Source of the DNA: a virus
Virus record (IMG/VR): IMGVR_UViG_3300025769_000095
Coordinates: 4,902 to 68,901 of that record
DNA length: 64,000 nucleotides
Strand: one strand, 5' to 3'
Below, piece by piece: positions 10,456 to 19,250 of this stretch. Below the pieces are notes generated by a model. It saw nothing but the letters and a program-made list of their open reading frames with translations. It did no database searches and had not been told where the DNA came from. The stretch's first letter is position 1; each line of letters begins with the position of its first letter. The position numbers were made by a program, and so were the translations under genes.

Positions 10456-10884
10456 ATGAATAACAGATCAGTTGGACACAGGACCGAGCGTACTTTTATT
10501 CGCAAATTTGCGGAAAGGCTCGGTCTTGTGCCTTTTAACAACAAGAATCACGCAGAAGCCGAAATAGGTTCTACAAGACAATTTTCACAGCAGTTGGATG
10601 CTATGAAGATAGATGTGTGGTTATCTGATAAGCTTGTTTGGTTAAGACATTTATTTATTCAAATTAAAAACAGACAGATTCAATCCAAGAATACATGGAC
10701 TATTGATGTAACTCCTATTAGAGATATGCCTAAAGACAAAGGTAAGTATCGTTGTGTTGTTACAAGGCTTACTTACAAGCCTAATAAGAAGCAACAAGAA
10801 ATAGGATGGTTTGTATCAATGCCATTAGAAGAATGGATGGATCTTGTTTCAAAAGCTAATTATCATGAATTATCAAGAGATTGA
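10456..10884 (+). CDS. Putative Holliday junction resolvase (PD-(D/E)xK fold)
   Basis: RSVGHRTER N-terminal helix, LDAMKID, IQIK, C-terminal MPLEEW. Confidence 0.6.
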   Translation: MNNRSVGHRTERTFIRKFAERLGLVPFNNKNHAEAEIGSTRQFSQQLDAMKIDVWLSDKLVWLRHLFIQIKNRQIQSKNTWTIDVTPIRDMPKDKGKYRCVVTRLTYKPNKKQQEIGWFVSMPLEEWMDLVSKANYHELSRD

Positions 10885-11983
10885 TGCAGCTAATCAAAGT
10901 TTAATTAAAGCCCTTTACTACAAAGGGCTTTCTGCTTTAAGAGAGAAAGAACCTGAATTGTTTTATCAGGAGAAAGAACATTTTCTGTTAGGAAATATGT
11001 TTGATACTATAATGACTGATCCATCAAACTTTCGTAAGAAGTTTTATGTGTCTGAACTTGACAGTAAACCATCTCCAACATTGATGTCCATAATCAACAA
11101 AGCATTTGCACTTCGTAAGGATAATATATTTCATTATAATGATCCTAAGTTCTTGCAATACATGGATGAAGAAGGATGGCATGTTGGTAAAGGTGAGAAG
11201 AGATTGACGTACAAAGCATGGCTTGAATCTAATGTAAGAGAGTATTGGAATGCTCTTGTAGAATCTGAAGGTAAAGAAACTGTAACTATAGAAGAATATG
11301 AAAAAGTTATGAATGCATCTCAAAAAGTTATAAAGTCAATACCTTTTGTTACTATGATACCAGAATTAAATGTACATAATCAGTTGTCTCTTGAAGCTAC
11401 ATATACTCTTGACAAAGACACAAAAATACCTATCAAAGGTCTGCTTGATCAAGTTATATTTAGAAATGAGAATGAAGGTAAATGGGATGAGATTTGTGAG
11501 AGTTTACAAATTGAGAATAACCATGATGCCATCATTATTGATTATAAGACATTCTCTGGATTATCTATGAAATACAGGTATTCTATTCGTAAATTTAGAT
11601 ATGATGTGCAAGCTTCATTTTATCAGTTATTACTTGAAGAGAATTATGCTAACTATCTTCAAATAGGGAATATGCCTGTCAAAGAACTGTATAAAATAGC
11701 TGTAGTAAATGTAGTTGCCAATCTAAATACTGATGAACCTTCTTTTGTATGGAAGTATAGTCAAGAAGATTTGGATATTGCTGAGTTTGGTGCATGGCAC
11801 ACAACTCCACATGAATATCATATTGCAGATCCACATTATGTTAATGATTTGGACATTGATGAAGTAGATATACCAGGTTTTAGACAGATGTTACAAAGAT
11901 ACCATTGGTATAAAATGAACAACTTTGAAACTGAGTATGGTTTTGAAAATAACATTTTAAATAACAATGCATGGAACTACTAA
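10844..11983 (+). CDS. PD-(D/E)xK exonuclease (exonuclease VIII/Cas4-like)
   Basis: NQSLIK, LGNMFD, IKGLLD, IIDYKT, FRYDVQASFY; start may be the later ATG (MNYQEI). Confidence 0.8.
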   Translation: MFQKLIIMNYQEIDAANQSLIKALYYKGLSALREKEPELFYQEKEHFLLGNMFDTIMTDPSNFRKKFYVSELDSKPSPTLMSIINKAFALRKDNIFHYNDPKFLQYMDEEGWHVGKGEKRLTYKAWLESNVREYWNALVESEGKETVTIEEYEKVMNASQKVIKSIPFVTMIPELNVHNQLSLEATYTLDKDTKIPIKGLLDQVIFRNENEGKWDEICESLQIENNHDAIIIDYKTFSGLSMKYRYSIRKFRYDVQASFYQLLLEENYANYLQIGNMPVKELYKIAVVNVVANLNTDEPSFVWKYSQEDLDIAEFGAWHTTPHEYHIADPHYVNDLDIDEVDIPGFRQMLQRYHWYKMNNFETEYGFENNILNNNAWNY

Positions 11984-12636
11984 CAGAAGATAACTTACAA
12001 GAAAAGATTATTGATGCTAGAGAAAAGCTCATAATCAATAACAGAACAAGAAAGTTCCTGCTCCCCTTATTGGGGAGTATGGATCCTTCTTGGATTGCTG
12101 AGGTAAATAAATTTTACAGCGTTGCTGTTGGCTTGGCAGATGGAAAGTATTATCCTTATCTAGAAGAACCTTCTATTCTTTTATTGAAGAATGTAAAGTC
12201 CTCTAGAATTGATTCTTTTAATGAGTCTTTAGACATTATTAAAGAGAATCAATATTTTATTAAGGATTATATCTTTGCTGATGCTATTGACAGCTGGTTG
12301 CATATGTTTGTAGTAAGGATACCTAAGAATTTTGAGAATGCATATAATTACTTTTTGCAAAGTAAGTATTCTATGATGTATAATGATACTCAAAAGAAAA
12401 GATTCTTTACTCCTAATCGAACTAAACTTAACTGGCAAGCCAAGAAGAAAGTCAGAGAAATCTTAGATAAAAGCCCTTCTGCAAAAACTGAATTGGAATT
12501 GAAGCTTAATGTAGCTATTCCAGAACAAGCAGAATTGGACAGTAAGATTGACTTAAACTACGAAGTATTTAATTATGAGGATAATACATTTATTTCTGTA
12601 AACCAACAAAAATTAGAATTCAATGAGCAACAATAG
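11971..12636 (+). CDS. Hypothetical phage protein
   Basis: 221-aa ORF overlapping both neighbours in an operon-like run. Confidence 0.6.
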   Translation: MELLTEDNLQEKIIDAREKLIINNRTRKFLLPLLGSMDPSWIAEVNKFYSVAVGLADGKYYPYLEEPSILLLKNVKSSRIDSFNESLDIIKENQYFIKDYIFADAIDSWLHMFVVRIPKNFENAYNYFLQSKYSMMYNDTQKKRFFTPNRTKLNWQAKKKVREILDKSPSAKTELELKLNVAIPEQAELDSKIDLNYEVFNYEDNTFISVNQQKLEFNEQQ

Positions 12637-13285
12637 AGAAGCTGAAGAAAGAAGTGTCATTAAATGGCTTGAAACTATTGGAGGACTTAATTATAAGTTT
12701 GAAAAAGATTTGTATGAATCTCTGATAAAAGAAGAGTTATCAGAATATTTAGAAGCTTCTGAACGTCATGAGCAGGTCAAGGAAATCCTTGACTTGCTAT
12801 GGGTTGTTATTGGACATTATGCCAATATAGACTATGGACATAAGGAAGAAATGTTTAATGAATTTATTATGATTGAACAAGGTATTATAATGCCTTATAA
12901 GTTTAATTATCATAATAGATATACTGTTAGCAATGCAAGTCTTATAAAAGCTGTAGATTTATATCTTGAACATCCAACAATGCTTAATTATGTGTATGTC
13001 AAGAATATAATTTTCCTTACAGTTATTTATAAACTTGATTGTGATTATGAAAAAGCTTGGAATGAGTTGTGTCGTAGTAACTATTCTAAGTTTATTCCTA
13101 TTGATAGTGATCCTACAGTTGTAACAGAAAGTTTAATGAAAATTGACAAGGATAGATATAGTCCTGTTGTTGCAACTACAGATACTCATTATCTTATTAG
13201 AGATAAGAATACAAAAAAGTTGTTAAAACCTATTACTTACAGCAAAGCTAATATGAAGTCTGTTAGTAAACCTGCTATTATGTAA
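12623..13285 (+). CDS. MazG-like all-alpha NTP pyrophosphohydrolase (possible dUTPase)
   Basis: LIKEELSEY...EILDLLWV acidic motif, AWNELCRSNYSK, KLLKP. Confidence 0.7.
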   Translation: MSNNREAEERSVIKWLETIGGLNYKFEKDLYESLIKEELSEYLEASERHEQVKEILDLLWVVIGHYANIDYGHKEEMFNEFIMIEQGIIMPYKFNYHNRYTVSNASLIKAVDLYLEHPTMLNYVYVKNIIFLTVIYKLDCDYEKAWNELCRSNYSKFIPIDSDPTVVTESLMKIDKDRYSPVVATTDTHYLIRDKNTKKLLKPITYSKANMKSVSKPAIM

Positions 13286-13307
13286 ATATATTTTGTTTGT
13301 TGTTGTG

Positions 13308-13340
13308 ACCCCGTGGAGTTAATTCTTCATGGGGTTTTTT
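13308..13340 (+). terminator. Rho-independent terminator
   Basis: ACCCCGTGGAG-TTAATT-CTTCATGGGGT followed by a T run. Confidence 0.8.
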
Positions 13341-13366
13341 ATTTTTCATTATTAAATAAAATTATT

Positions 13367-13837
13367 ATGGGACTTGATATGTATTTGCACAGAGGTTATG
13401 TTAGAAAGTGTGAATTTAAAACTGATTATGTTGATGATAAGCCTGAACTTAATATTAAAGTTACTGATCTTGAATCAGAAGAAGTAGGTTATTGGCGTAA
13501 AGCCAATCATATCCACAATTGGTTTGTACAAAATGTTCAAGGTGGTAAAGATGATTGTAATGACTATGCTGTTACTTTGTCTGAACTAAGAAATTTGAGA
13601 AATCTTTGTGAACACATTCTGCATTTTTATAACAATGATAAACTTAAGAAAGCTGAAGAAGAAGCTTTATTATTGTTACCTCCTGTTTCAGGATTTTTCT
13701 TTGGTAGTACAGAGATAGATGAGTATTATTACAATGAGCTACAATATACTATAAAGACAATTGATGGTATATTAGAGAGTCATGCTGATGAAAATAATGA
13801 CTGCCCGATTGTTTATGTTTATCATGCTTCGTGGTGA
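13367..13837 (+). CDS. Conserved hypothetical phage protein (MGLDMYL...YWRKANHIHNWF type)
   Basis: Start moved to ATG 13367 because the track start lies inside the terminator; GFFFGSTE and terminal ASW motifs. Confidence 0.7.
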   Translation: MGLDMYLHRGYVRKCEFKTDYVDDKPELNIKVTDLESEEVGYWRKANHIHNWFVQNVQGGKDDCNDYAVTLSELRNLRNLCEHILHFYNNDKLKKAEEEALLLLPPVSGFFFGSTEIDEYYYNELQYTIKTIDGILESHADENNDCPIVYVYHASW

Positions 13838-14691
13838 TTACTTACAGCAAAAGAAAAGCTCTCTCTATTCGGGATAATGGCAGGTCATCTGATTTTGTTA
13901 CACCCTCCATTATATGGGGTTGTGGGTATAGGTGTTCTTATTGTACAATGAGAAGACACAAACCAGAAGGTGTTGATGTAGCAACAAACATTGATACTAT
14001 ACTTGACAAGATTAATGACCATGCCTTATCCCTACCTATTAAAAAACCCAATCAGGTTGATGACACCTATTGGGTATATGAGATAGGAATGAATAGTGAT
14101 TTGTCACTACATGCTAAACATTTTGATTGGCAGAAGGTTTTTAGGTTCTTTTTAGATCATAAAACAGCAAAAGCAACCTTCGCCACAAAACGGTATTACG
14201 TTCCCCTAACTAAAAGTTATTACTTTAACAAGAAAGTTAGGATAAGGTTTAGCATAATGCCAGAAAATTTAAGAAAAATTTACGAGCCCTATACGGACAG
14301 CATTGAAAGACGACTTGAAGGTGTAAATTATCACATTGAATCTGGTTATGATGTGCATTTGAACTTCTCTCCTGTAATTGTTTCTAAGAATGGTTTGGTA
14401 GAATATGAAAAGCTTTTTAACTTAGTGGACAAATATGTTCATCCTGAGTATAAACCTTCAGTTAAAGCTGAGGTTATATTTCTTACCCACAATGAAAAGC
14501 TTCACAACTACAACGTTCAGAACAATATACCAGGAGAAGATTTACTTTGGAATCCACAATACCAAGAGAAAAAAGTGTCTCAGTATGGTGGCACCAATGT
14601 AAGATATAAGAACAAAGCAAAGCTTATATCTCAATGGACTGCACTTCATAACCAATGTATACCTTGGAACACCATTAGGTATATATTTTAA
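13831..14691 (+). CDS. splB: Spore photoproduct lyase-like radical SAM protein
   Basis: CxxxCxxC (GCGYRCSYC), NSDL, FATK, RIRFS, HLNFSPV, EVIFLTHN, SQYGG.NVRY. Confidence 0.8.
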   Translation: MVITYSKRKALSIRDNGRSSDFVTPSIIWGCGYRCSYCTMRRHKPEGVDVATNIDTILDKINDHALSLPIKKPNQVDDTYWVYEIGMNSDLSLHAKHFDWQKVFRFFLDHKTAKATFATKRYYVPLTKSYYFNKKVRIRFSIMPENLRKIYEPYTDSIERRLEGVNYHIESGYDVHLNFSPVIVSKNGLVEYEKLFNLVDKYVHPEYKPSVKAEVIFLTHNEKLHNYNVQNNIPGEDLLWNPQYQEKKVSQYGGTNVRYKNKAKLISQWTALHNQCIPWNTIRYIF

Positions 14692-14699
14692 ATTGCAAC

Positions 14700-14924
14700 A
14701 TGCGATATTTAAGATTCAAAACTGTGATGGGTGAAATTAAGACAGTACCTTATGTCCTTTGTGATGAAGGTGTAAGGATTACTATCGACAAATCTATTGA
14801 AATTATAATACCTCCTAATCATGAAAGAATCATTTTTGCTCCAAATTTTAAGAAGGATAATGTACACGCAAGGAAAAAAAGTGACTTTGAAAAGTCCAAC
14901 AGAAAGAATAGTAGTAAAGCATAA
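14700..14924 (+). CDS. Hypothetical protein
   Basis: Small ORF in the co-oriented run. Confidence 0.45.
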   Translation: MRYLRFKTVMGEIKTVPYVLCDEGVRITIDKSIEIIIPPNHERIIFAPNFKKDNVHARKKSDFEKSNRKNSSKA

Positions 14925-15057
14925 GGAGTTTCTTAACAAAATTGACAGGCTTACCGAGCAATTATGTAAAGATTTTGAACACTCCATTAAGCAATGGAAT
15001 GATGAACCTGATTTATTAATTAAAACAGTAAATTATGAAAAAGCCAATAGTAATTAG
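14860..15057 (+). CDS. Hypothetical protein
   Basis: Small ORF; start set to the MYTQG ATG to reduce overlap. Confidence 0.4.
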   Translation: MYTQGKKVTLKSPTERIVVKHKEFLNKIDRLTEQLCKDFEHSIKQWNDEPDLLIKTVNYEKANSN

Positions 15058-15247
15058 AAGCATTGGTGAGTTTAGATCAAGTTATTTCCATATGAGAAGA
15101 AGTGAAGATAAAGTATGGTATGGTTGGCAAGTAATGGAACCTACTCGTATGTTATCTTTACTGGAAGCTTATCGAAAGAAAGAGAATGATGATATAATGA
15201 GGGAAAAAGCTTTTAAGATTATGGAACAACTTACAGCAACTAATTAA
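15035..15247 (+). CDS. Hypothetical protein
   Basis: 70-aa ORF followed by a terminator. Confidence 0.55.
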   Translation: MKKPIVIRSIGEFRSSYFHMRRSEDKVWYGWQVMEPTRMLSLLEAYRKKENDDIMREKAFKIMEQLTATN

Positions 15248-15251
15248 TAAC

Positions 15252-15283
15252 GAGTGCACCTCATTAATTTGGGGTGCACTTTT
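15252..15283 (+). terminator. Rho-independent terminator
   Basis: GAGTGCACCTCA-TTAATT-TGGGGTGCACTT followed by T residues. Confidence 0.75.
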
Positions 15284-15294
15284 AATTTAAAACT

Positions 15295-15870
15295 ATGAAA
15301 AAATTATCTTTTTTAAAAATATTGTTCTCTCCATTTAAGAAATTCAAATTAGAGTTTTACTTTGGTAGAGTAGCTATTGGAACTCCTTACTTTTTCCCTA
15401 GAAAGTTTGTAAGAATTTCTAAGAAAGAAGCTCATGTAAAAACTCAATTGTTAGTAGAGCTTCGTGGTAATGCAGATGAGAATCACAAAAAAGAACTTTA
15501 TGAAAGACTGTATTCTATTCAAAAGAATATGAAAAAGTCAGTTCCTAAGTTAATAGGCTTTGATTTTACACCTTTAGGATGGAAGCTTAAGTGGGATGAT
15601 AATGACTTTAGACATGAGTATAATCCTGTATGGTCTTTTGTGTTCTTTGGATTTCAAATAGCTGTAAGATTCCACGCGCCTATTGAACATCAAGATTCTT
15701 ATTGGACAGCTTGGTTGTATTATGAACTACGAACTGCTAAAATTCTAACTAAAGCTGAACGTATTAAACAATGCAGAGAAAGATTTCCAGTAACTTATAT
15801 GGTTAAACAAGATAGTGATTATGTAGAAACAGATTATTATCAACAAATACTTAAACCTAAATACTTATAG
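15295..15870 (+). CDS. Hypothetical phage protein
   Basis: 191-aa ORF with an AT-rich leader. Confidence 0.65.
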   Translation: MKKLSFLKILFSPFKKFKLEFYFGRVAIGTPYFFPRKFVRISKKEAHVKTQLLVELRGNADENHKKELYERLYSIQKNMKKSVPKLIGFDFTPLGWKLKWDDNDFRHEYNPVWSFVFFGFQIAVRFHAPIEHQDSYWTAWLYYELRTAKILTKAERIKQCRERFPVTYMVKQDSDYVETDYYQQILKPKYL

Positions 15871-15871
15871 T

Positions 15872-16132
15872 ATGGAATATAAGAATAGATACGGATTGAC
15901 GTATCATTTTGATCACAATGATGATGGTAATATTGATTGGAAAGGTAACTTTCGATATACCAGATTTGGATTTGATGAAATAGATGACAAAGAAATCATC
16001 AATTTTATTGATCCAAGTGGAGGACCATTTATTCGTGTGGGTATGGATATGTCAGAGTTTGGATTTGAAGGTACAGTAACTGGCTTTGTAAACCACAAAG
16101 ATCATTATGAAATTGTAATAGATAAAGAATAA
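15872..16132 (+). CDS. Hypothetical phage protein
   Basis: 86-aa ORF with NRYG...FIDPSGGPFI motif. Confidence 0.65.
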   Translation: MEYKNRYGLTYHFDHNDDGNIDWKGNFRYTRFGFDEIDDKEIINFIDPSGGPFIRVGMDMSEFGFEGTVTGFVNHKDHYEIVIDKE

Positions 16133-16143
16133 AATAAAGAGAA

Positions 16144-16575
16144 ATGAAGACAACATTGCGAGAATTATTAGATTGGATTAGAACAACCTTACCAATGGAT
16201 TTAAATACACCCAGATTGATTGAAGAAAAGATACAATCAATGCTTGAGAAGGAGAAAAAACAGATGATTGATTTTGCCGAACAATATTTCGTAAGTTTAG
16301 GGCATAAGTCAGCAGAAGATTATTTTAATAAAGTATATAATATAGAAATTACAGTACATGAATTTATAGAGTTGACTGTTGAATGTCTTGAAGCTTTACT
16401 TGATCGAGGTCACAATCATGATTATGCAGTAAAAACTATTCAGGATGCATACTATCCATACAAACCAGAAATGGCTAAAGGGAATTATGATGAGGTTGCA
16501 GAGATGTTATCATTAACTTTCCTAAATAGAAAGTATCAAACTCCTAATATTATTCCAAGATATCAAAACAGTTAA
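16144..16575 (+). CDS. Hypothetical phage protein
   Basis: 143-aa ORF, LEKEKKQMIDF...AEDYF motif. Confidence 0.6.
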   Translation: MKTTLRELLDWIRTTLPMDLNTPRLIEEKIQSMLEKEKKQMIDFAEQYFVSLGHKSAEDYFNKVYNIEITVHEFIELTVECLEALLDRGHNHDYAVKTIQDAYYPYKPEMAKGNYDEVAEMLSLTFLNRKYQTPNIIPRYQNS

Positions 16576-16577
16576 TA

Positions 16578-17012
16578 ATGACTACATTACATTTAACAGA
16601 AGAACAACTGCGACTCGTACAACAAGCATTAGATTTGTACACTCGCATTGGTATTGGCCAGTTTGAACGTATCAAAGACCATCCGACATTCGAAAAACAT
16701 CTTTGGAACAAACTAAAGGATGAAGATGGTAAAACTGATTTTACTCAGTTTCATAAAATTCGTGAAGAGGTTGATATAAAATTGGCAGAGGCTCGCAATA
16801 TGCTTATTCAAGAAAATTTGCCTCCAAATGGAGGTTGGGGAATTGGTATGCCAAAGGTCGATGAATCTTGTAGAGTTGCCTATGACATAGTTCAAGTAAT
16901 TCGCCATGAATTTTGGAAAGCAAATCCTGAACGCAGTAATTTGACCGTAGATTCCAATGTATCTTTACTAGCAGAAAATAGTGATAAGATTCTGTGTAAG
17001 TTGAGTATTTAA
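16578..17012 (+). CDS. Hypothetical phage protein
   Basis: 144-aa ORF, LTEEQL...ALDLYTRIGIGQF...AYDIVQVIRH. Confidence 0.65.
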   Translation: MTTLHLTEEQLRLVQQALDLYTRIGIGQFERIKDHPTFEKHLWNKLKDEDGKTDFTQFHKIREEVDIKLAEARNMLIQENLPPNGGWGIGMPKVDESCRVAYDIVQVIRHEFWKANPERSNLTVDSNVSLLAENSDKILCKLSI

Positions 17013-17026
17013 GATTAAAATAAATT

Positions 17027-17650
17027 ATGTATAATAACAAAGTAGAACTAATCGGATATTATGGTAGTGACCTAACCCATGCACAATCTGCATGGACATC
17101 TACCAGCAGAGAGCTTACTGAGGACAAATTAAACCGTGTGGACAAACTACTTAAAATGTTAGCTGAGAATGGCCACCATACACCATTTGAGAAATCCTCA
17201 CTGCACTTTCTTGTTACTTGTGACCAAGCCTCACATATTCATTTATTGAAGCACAGGATTGGTGTAAGCATCAATGGAGAATCAGCACGGTACAAAGAGC
17301 TGAAAGATGATAAGTTTTATGTACCTGAAGATTGGCCAGACACATTTCAACAAGATTTGATAGAATTTACTGAACAAGCTAATGAATTCTATCATACTTA
17401 TCTTGATATACTTATACCTATTGTTGGGAGAAAGAGAGCTAAAGAATCAGCTCGTTTGTTTAAAACAATGAACTCCCAAATTACAATGGACGTTATGTTT
17501 AACTGGAGGTCGTTCTATCATTTTCTAAATTTAAGAAATAAACCTGACGCTCAAATGGAGATTAGGCAAATTGCAAGTCAAATGTTGGATTTGGTAGTAG
17601 GCATTGAAGGTAACCCATTTCAACATACTATTAAAGCGTTTGGTCTGTGA
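17027..17650 (+). CDS. thyX: FAD-dependent thymidylate synthase
   Basis: HHTPFE, KHRIGVSINGESARY (ThyX signature variant), AKESAR, NWRS..HFL.LR, AQMEIR. Confidence 0.93.
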   Translation: MYNNKVELIGYYGSDLTHAQSAWTSTSRELTEDKLNRVDKLLKMLAENGHHTPFEKSSLHFLVTCDQASHIHLLKHRIGVSINGESARYKELKDDKFYVPEDWPDTFQQDLIEFTEQANEFYHTYLDILIPIVGRKRAKESARLFKTMNSQITMDVMFNWRSFYHFLNLRNKPDAQMEIRQIASQMLDLVVGIEGNPFQHTIKAFGL

Positions 17651-17970
17651 CAATTAAGAATCTTACTGATCATCCTATTGTAATATTAAATAGCGACAAT
17701 AAAAGGATTATGTACCTTCATCCTGAAGGCGAACCTGCAAGAGTAAAAAAGATAGTGGAACAAGTAGATTATTTAGGTGCTATTCCTTTATCTGAAGCAA
17801 GGTTTGGTAAGATTAAAAACCTCCCACCACCAAGTCCCAATGTGATATATATTGTATCTAAGATGGTCTTTGAAGCAGCAAAGGATAGGTACGATTTGTA
17901 CTACCCTGCTGAGAAGGTAAGAGATAATAAAGGAAGGGTCCTAGGCTGTAAAAGCTTAGGACTCTCCTAA
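17647..17970 (+). CDS. Conserved hypothetical phage protein
   Basis: NLTDHPI...NLPPP...YIVS...RD..GRVLGC; last gene of the + strand block. Confidence 0.65.
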   Translation: MTIKNLTDHPIVILNSDNKRIMYLHPEGEPARVKKIVEQVDYLGAIPLSEARFGKIKNLPPPSPNVIYIVSKMVFEAAKDRYDLYYPAEKVRDNKGRVLGCKSLGLS

Positions 17971-17983
17971 CAAAAAAATTTCC

Positions 17984-18133
17984 TTAACCTTTCTTTTTCT
18001 TAGTCTTAGCTTTAATCTTACGTTCTTGCTTAAGCATTTCTTGAGTTGGTGCTTTACCACTACCTCTTTTTGCACGGATATTATTCCATAAACTATTTTC
18101 TACTCCAAGTTTATTAAGCTTCTTCTTTGGCAT
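17984..18133 (-). CDS. Small, highly basic protein (49 aa), not in the ORF track
   Basis: Manual translation MPKKKLNKLGVENSLWNNIRAKRGSGKAPTQEMLKQERKIKAKTKKKKG*; overlaps the end of 18114-18314 and fills the gap. Confidence 0.65.
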   Translation of the reverse strand: MPKKKLNKLGVENSLWNNIRAKRGSGKAPTQEMLKQERKIKAKTKKKKG

Positions 18134-18314
18134 GATCATTTGCTTTATTGAGGGATTCTAATGTTCTTAAAACTTCACCAGTAATAATATTGTTTGCTTC
18201 ATCTAACACCAAATGGATAGGATAAGTTTTAGCAATGTTTAGCACTTCTTCCATTGTTTCACACATGAAACTTACTTTTTCAGAGGCTGGGTTAACATAA
18301 ATTACATCATACAT
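18114..18314 (-). CDS. Hypothetical protein
   Basis: 66-aa ORF in the - strand run. Confidence 0.5.
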   Translation of the reverse strand: MYDVIYVNPASEKVSFMCETMEEVLNIAKTYPIHLVLDEANNIITGEVLRTLESLNKANDHAKEEA

Positions 18315-18341
18315 GATTAAGGTTTTTGATTAAAAAATTTC

Positions 18342-18485
18342 TTATAGTTTATCTATCTTCCAAAGATAAACTTGAATTGTAAAAAAAGGTATTTCAATAC
18401 AAAAGTATGCACGTTTAGGTATTACTGCTTTACCCCATGATATTCCTATGCAAATTTGATTAGAGGTATATGTTACAACTTTCAT
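18342..18485 (-). CDS. Small hydrophobic hypothetical protein (47 aa), not in the ORF track
   Basis: Manual translation MKVVTYTSNQICIGISWGKAVIPKRAYFCIEIPFFTIQVYLWKIDKL*; fills the gap downstream of the tRNA. Confidence 0.45.
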   Translation of the reverse strand: MKVVTYTSNQICIGISWGKAVIPKRAYFCIEIPFFTIQVYLWKIDKL

Positions 18486-18549
18486 ATTTTAATATTTGTA
18501 CTCGGAGCGGGGCTTGAACCCGCACGGCCATTACTGGCCACAGGATTTT

Positions 18550-19216
18550 CTTACCACTATAGTTTTCACTACCATTAAGCGCATAATGTTTGTGGTCTGG
18601 ACTTTCTCTTCATCATATCATTTCTGACTTAGATGCCTTCCGTCAAGTCTCTACACGTTCTCCTCTTTTGGAGCTTCGCTCGGGATTGCCATTTTACAGG
18701 TTTCCCCGAATTTGAAAGGTTCTACTCCTGAAATTTCTTTCAAGGCACTCTTTGGTTTGTATGAATCTTTTTTCAAATTCATTTTAGTTTTTAATGGAAT
18801 GCCTCCGTTTTGTACAAAAGCTCCATATTGACCAGTGCATTTTTTAGAACAAAAGCCAGAAGACTTTCTTCTGTTTCTCTGTCCTAATTTATTGCCTTTA
18901 ATAACAAACTCACTATTACACCAAACACAAATATGTTTTTCATCTTTATATTTTAATGCGTCTTGATAAGAATGAGTTTTTCGGTCAATAACTCTTAAAT
19001 TTGAAAGTTCGTTATTTGTAAAATCACCATCAATATGATCAATGGTTTCATTATCGCTCAAATAACGATTTAAATACATCTCTACTAAATACTTAGGGTA
19101 AGAAATGGTTTGTTTCCTGCCATCAGGATGTTTTAAAACCATTCTTTTCCTACCATCTTGTTTAGATGTATAAGGCCCATACGTTTTGCAATTATTATAC
19201 ATAATAATTACTCTTA
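18550..19216 (-). mobile_element. Group I intron (IC3, trnL/Azoarcus-like) carrying a homing endonuclease
   Basis: P AAATTCGGGGAAA (18701-13), Q AATCCCGAGC (18678-87), R GTGTAGAGACTTGAC (18642-56), S AAGAGAAAGTCC (18599-610); P3 CCUUUC/GGAAGG, P4 UUCGGG/CCCGAG, P7 G(A)GACU/AGUCC; terminal G at 18550; U.G pair at the 5' splice site. Confidence 0.93.
18651..19202 (-). CDS. Intron-encoded HNH homing endonuclease with C-terminal zinc finger
   Basis: ETIDHIDGDFTNNELSNL HNH motif; CVWC...FCSKKC; lies wholly inside the intron. Confidence 0.88.
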   Translation of the reverse strand: MYNNCKTYGPYTSKQDGRKRMVLKHPDGRKQTISYPKYLVEMYLNRYLSDNETIDHIDGDFTNNELSNLRVIDRKTHSYQDALKYKDEKHICVWCNSEFVIKGNKLGQRNRRKSSGFCSKKCTGQYGAFVQNGGIPLKTKMNLKKDSYKPKSALKEISGVEPFKFGETCKMAIPSEAPKEENV

Positions 19217-19250
19217 AAGTCCTGCGTGTCTACCAATTCCACCATCCGAG

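Noticed and set aside
13313-13366. Track N-terminal extension of the 174-aa ORF
   Set aside because: It overlaps a terminator hairpin; ATG 13367 gives the typical MGLDMY start
18361-18368. Bacteroidetes -7 promoter box TATCTTTG on the - strand
   Set aside because: No properly spaced -33 TTTG, and it lies inside a plausible small ORF
18499-18549. tRNA 3' half as an attP or integration remnant
   Set aside because: The matching 5' half and a full intron core are present, and there is no integrase in the window
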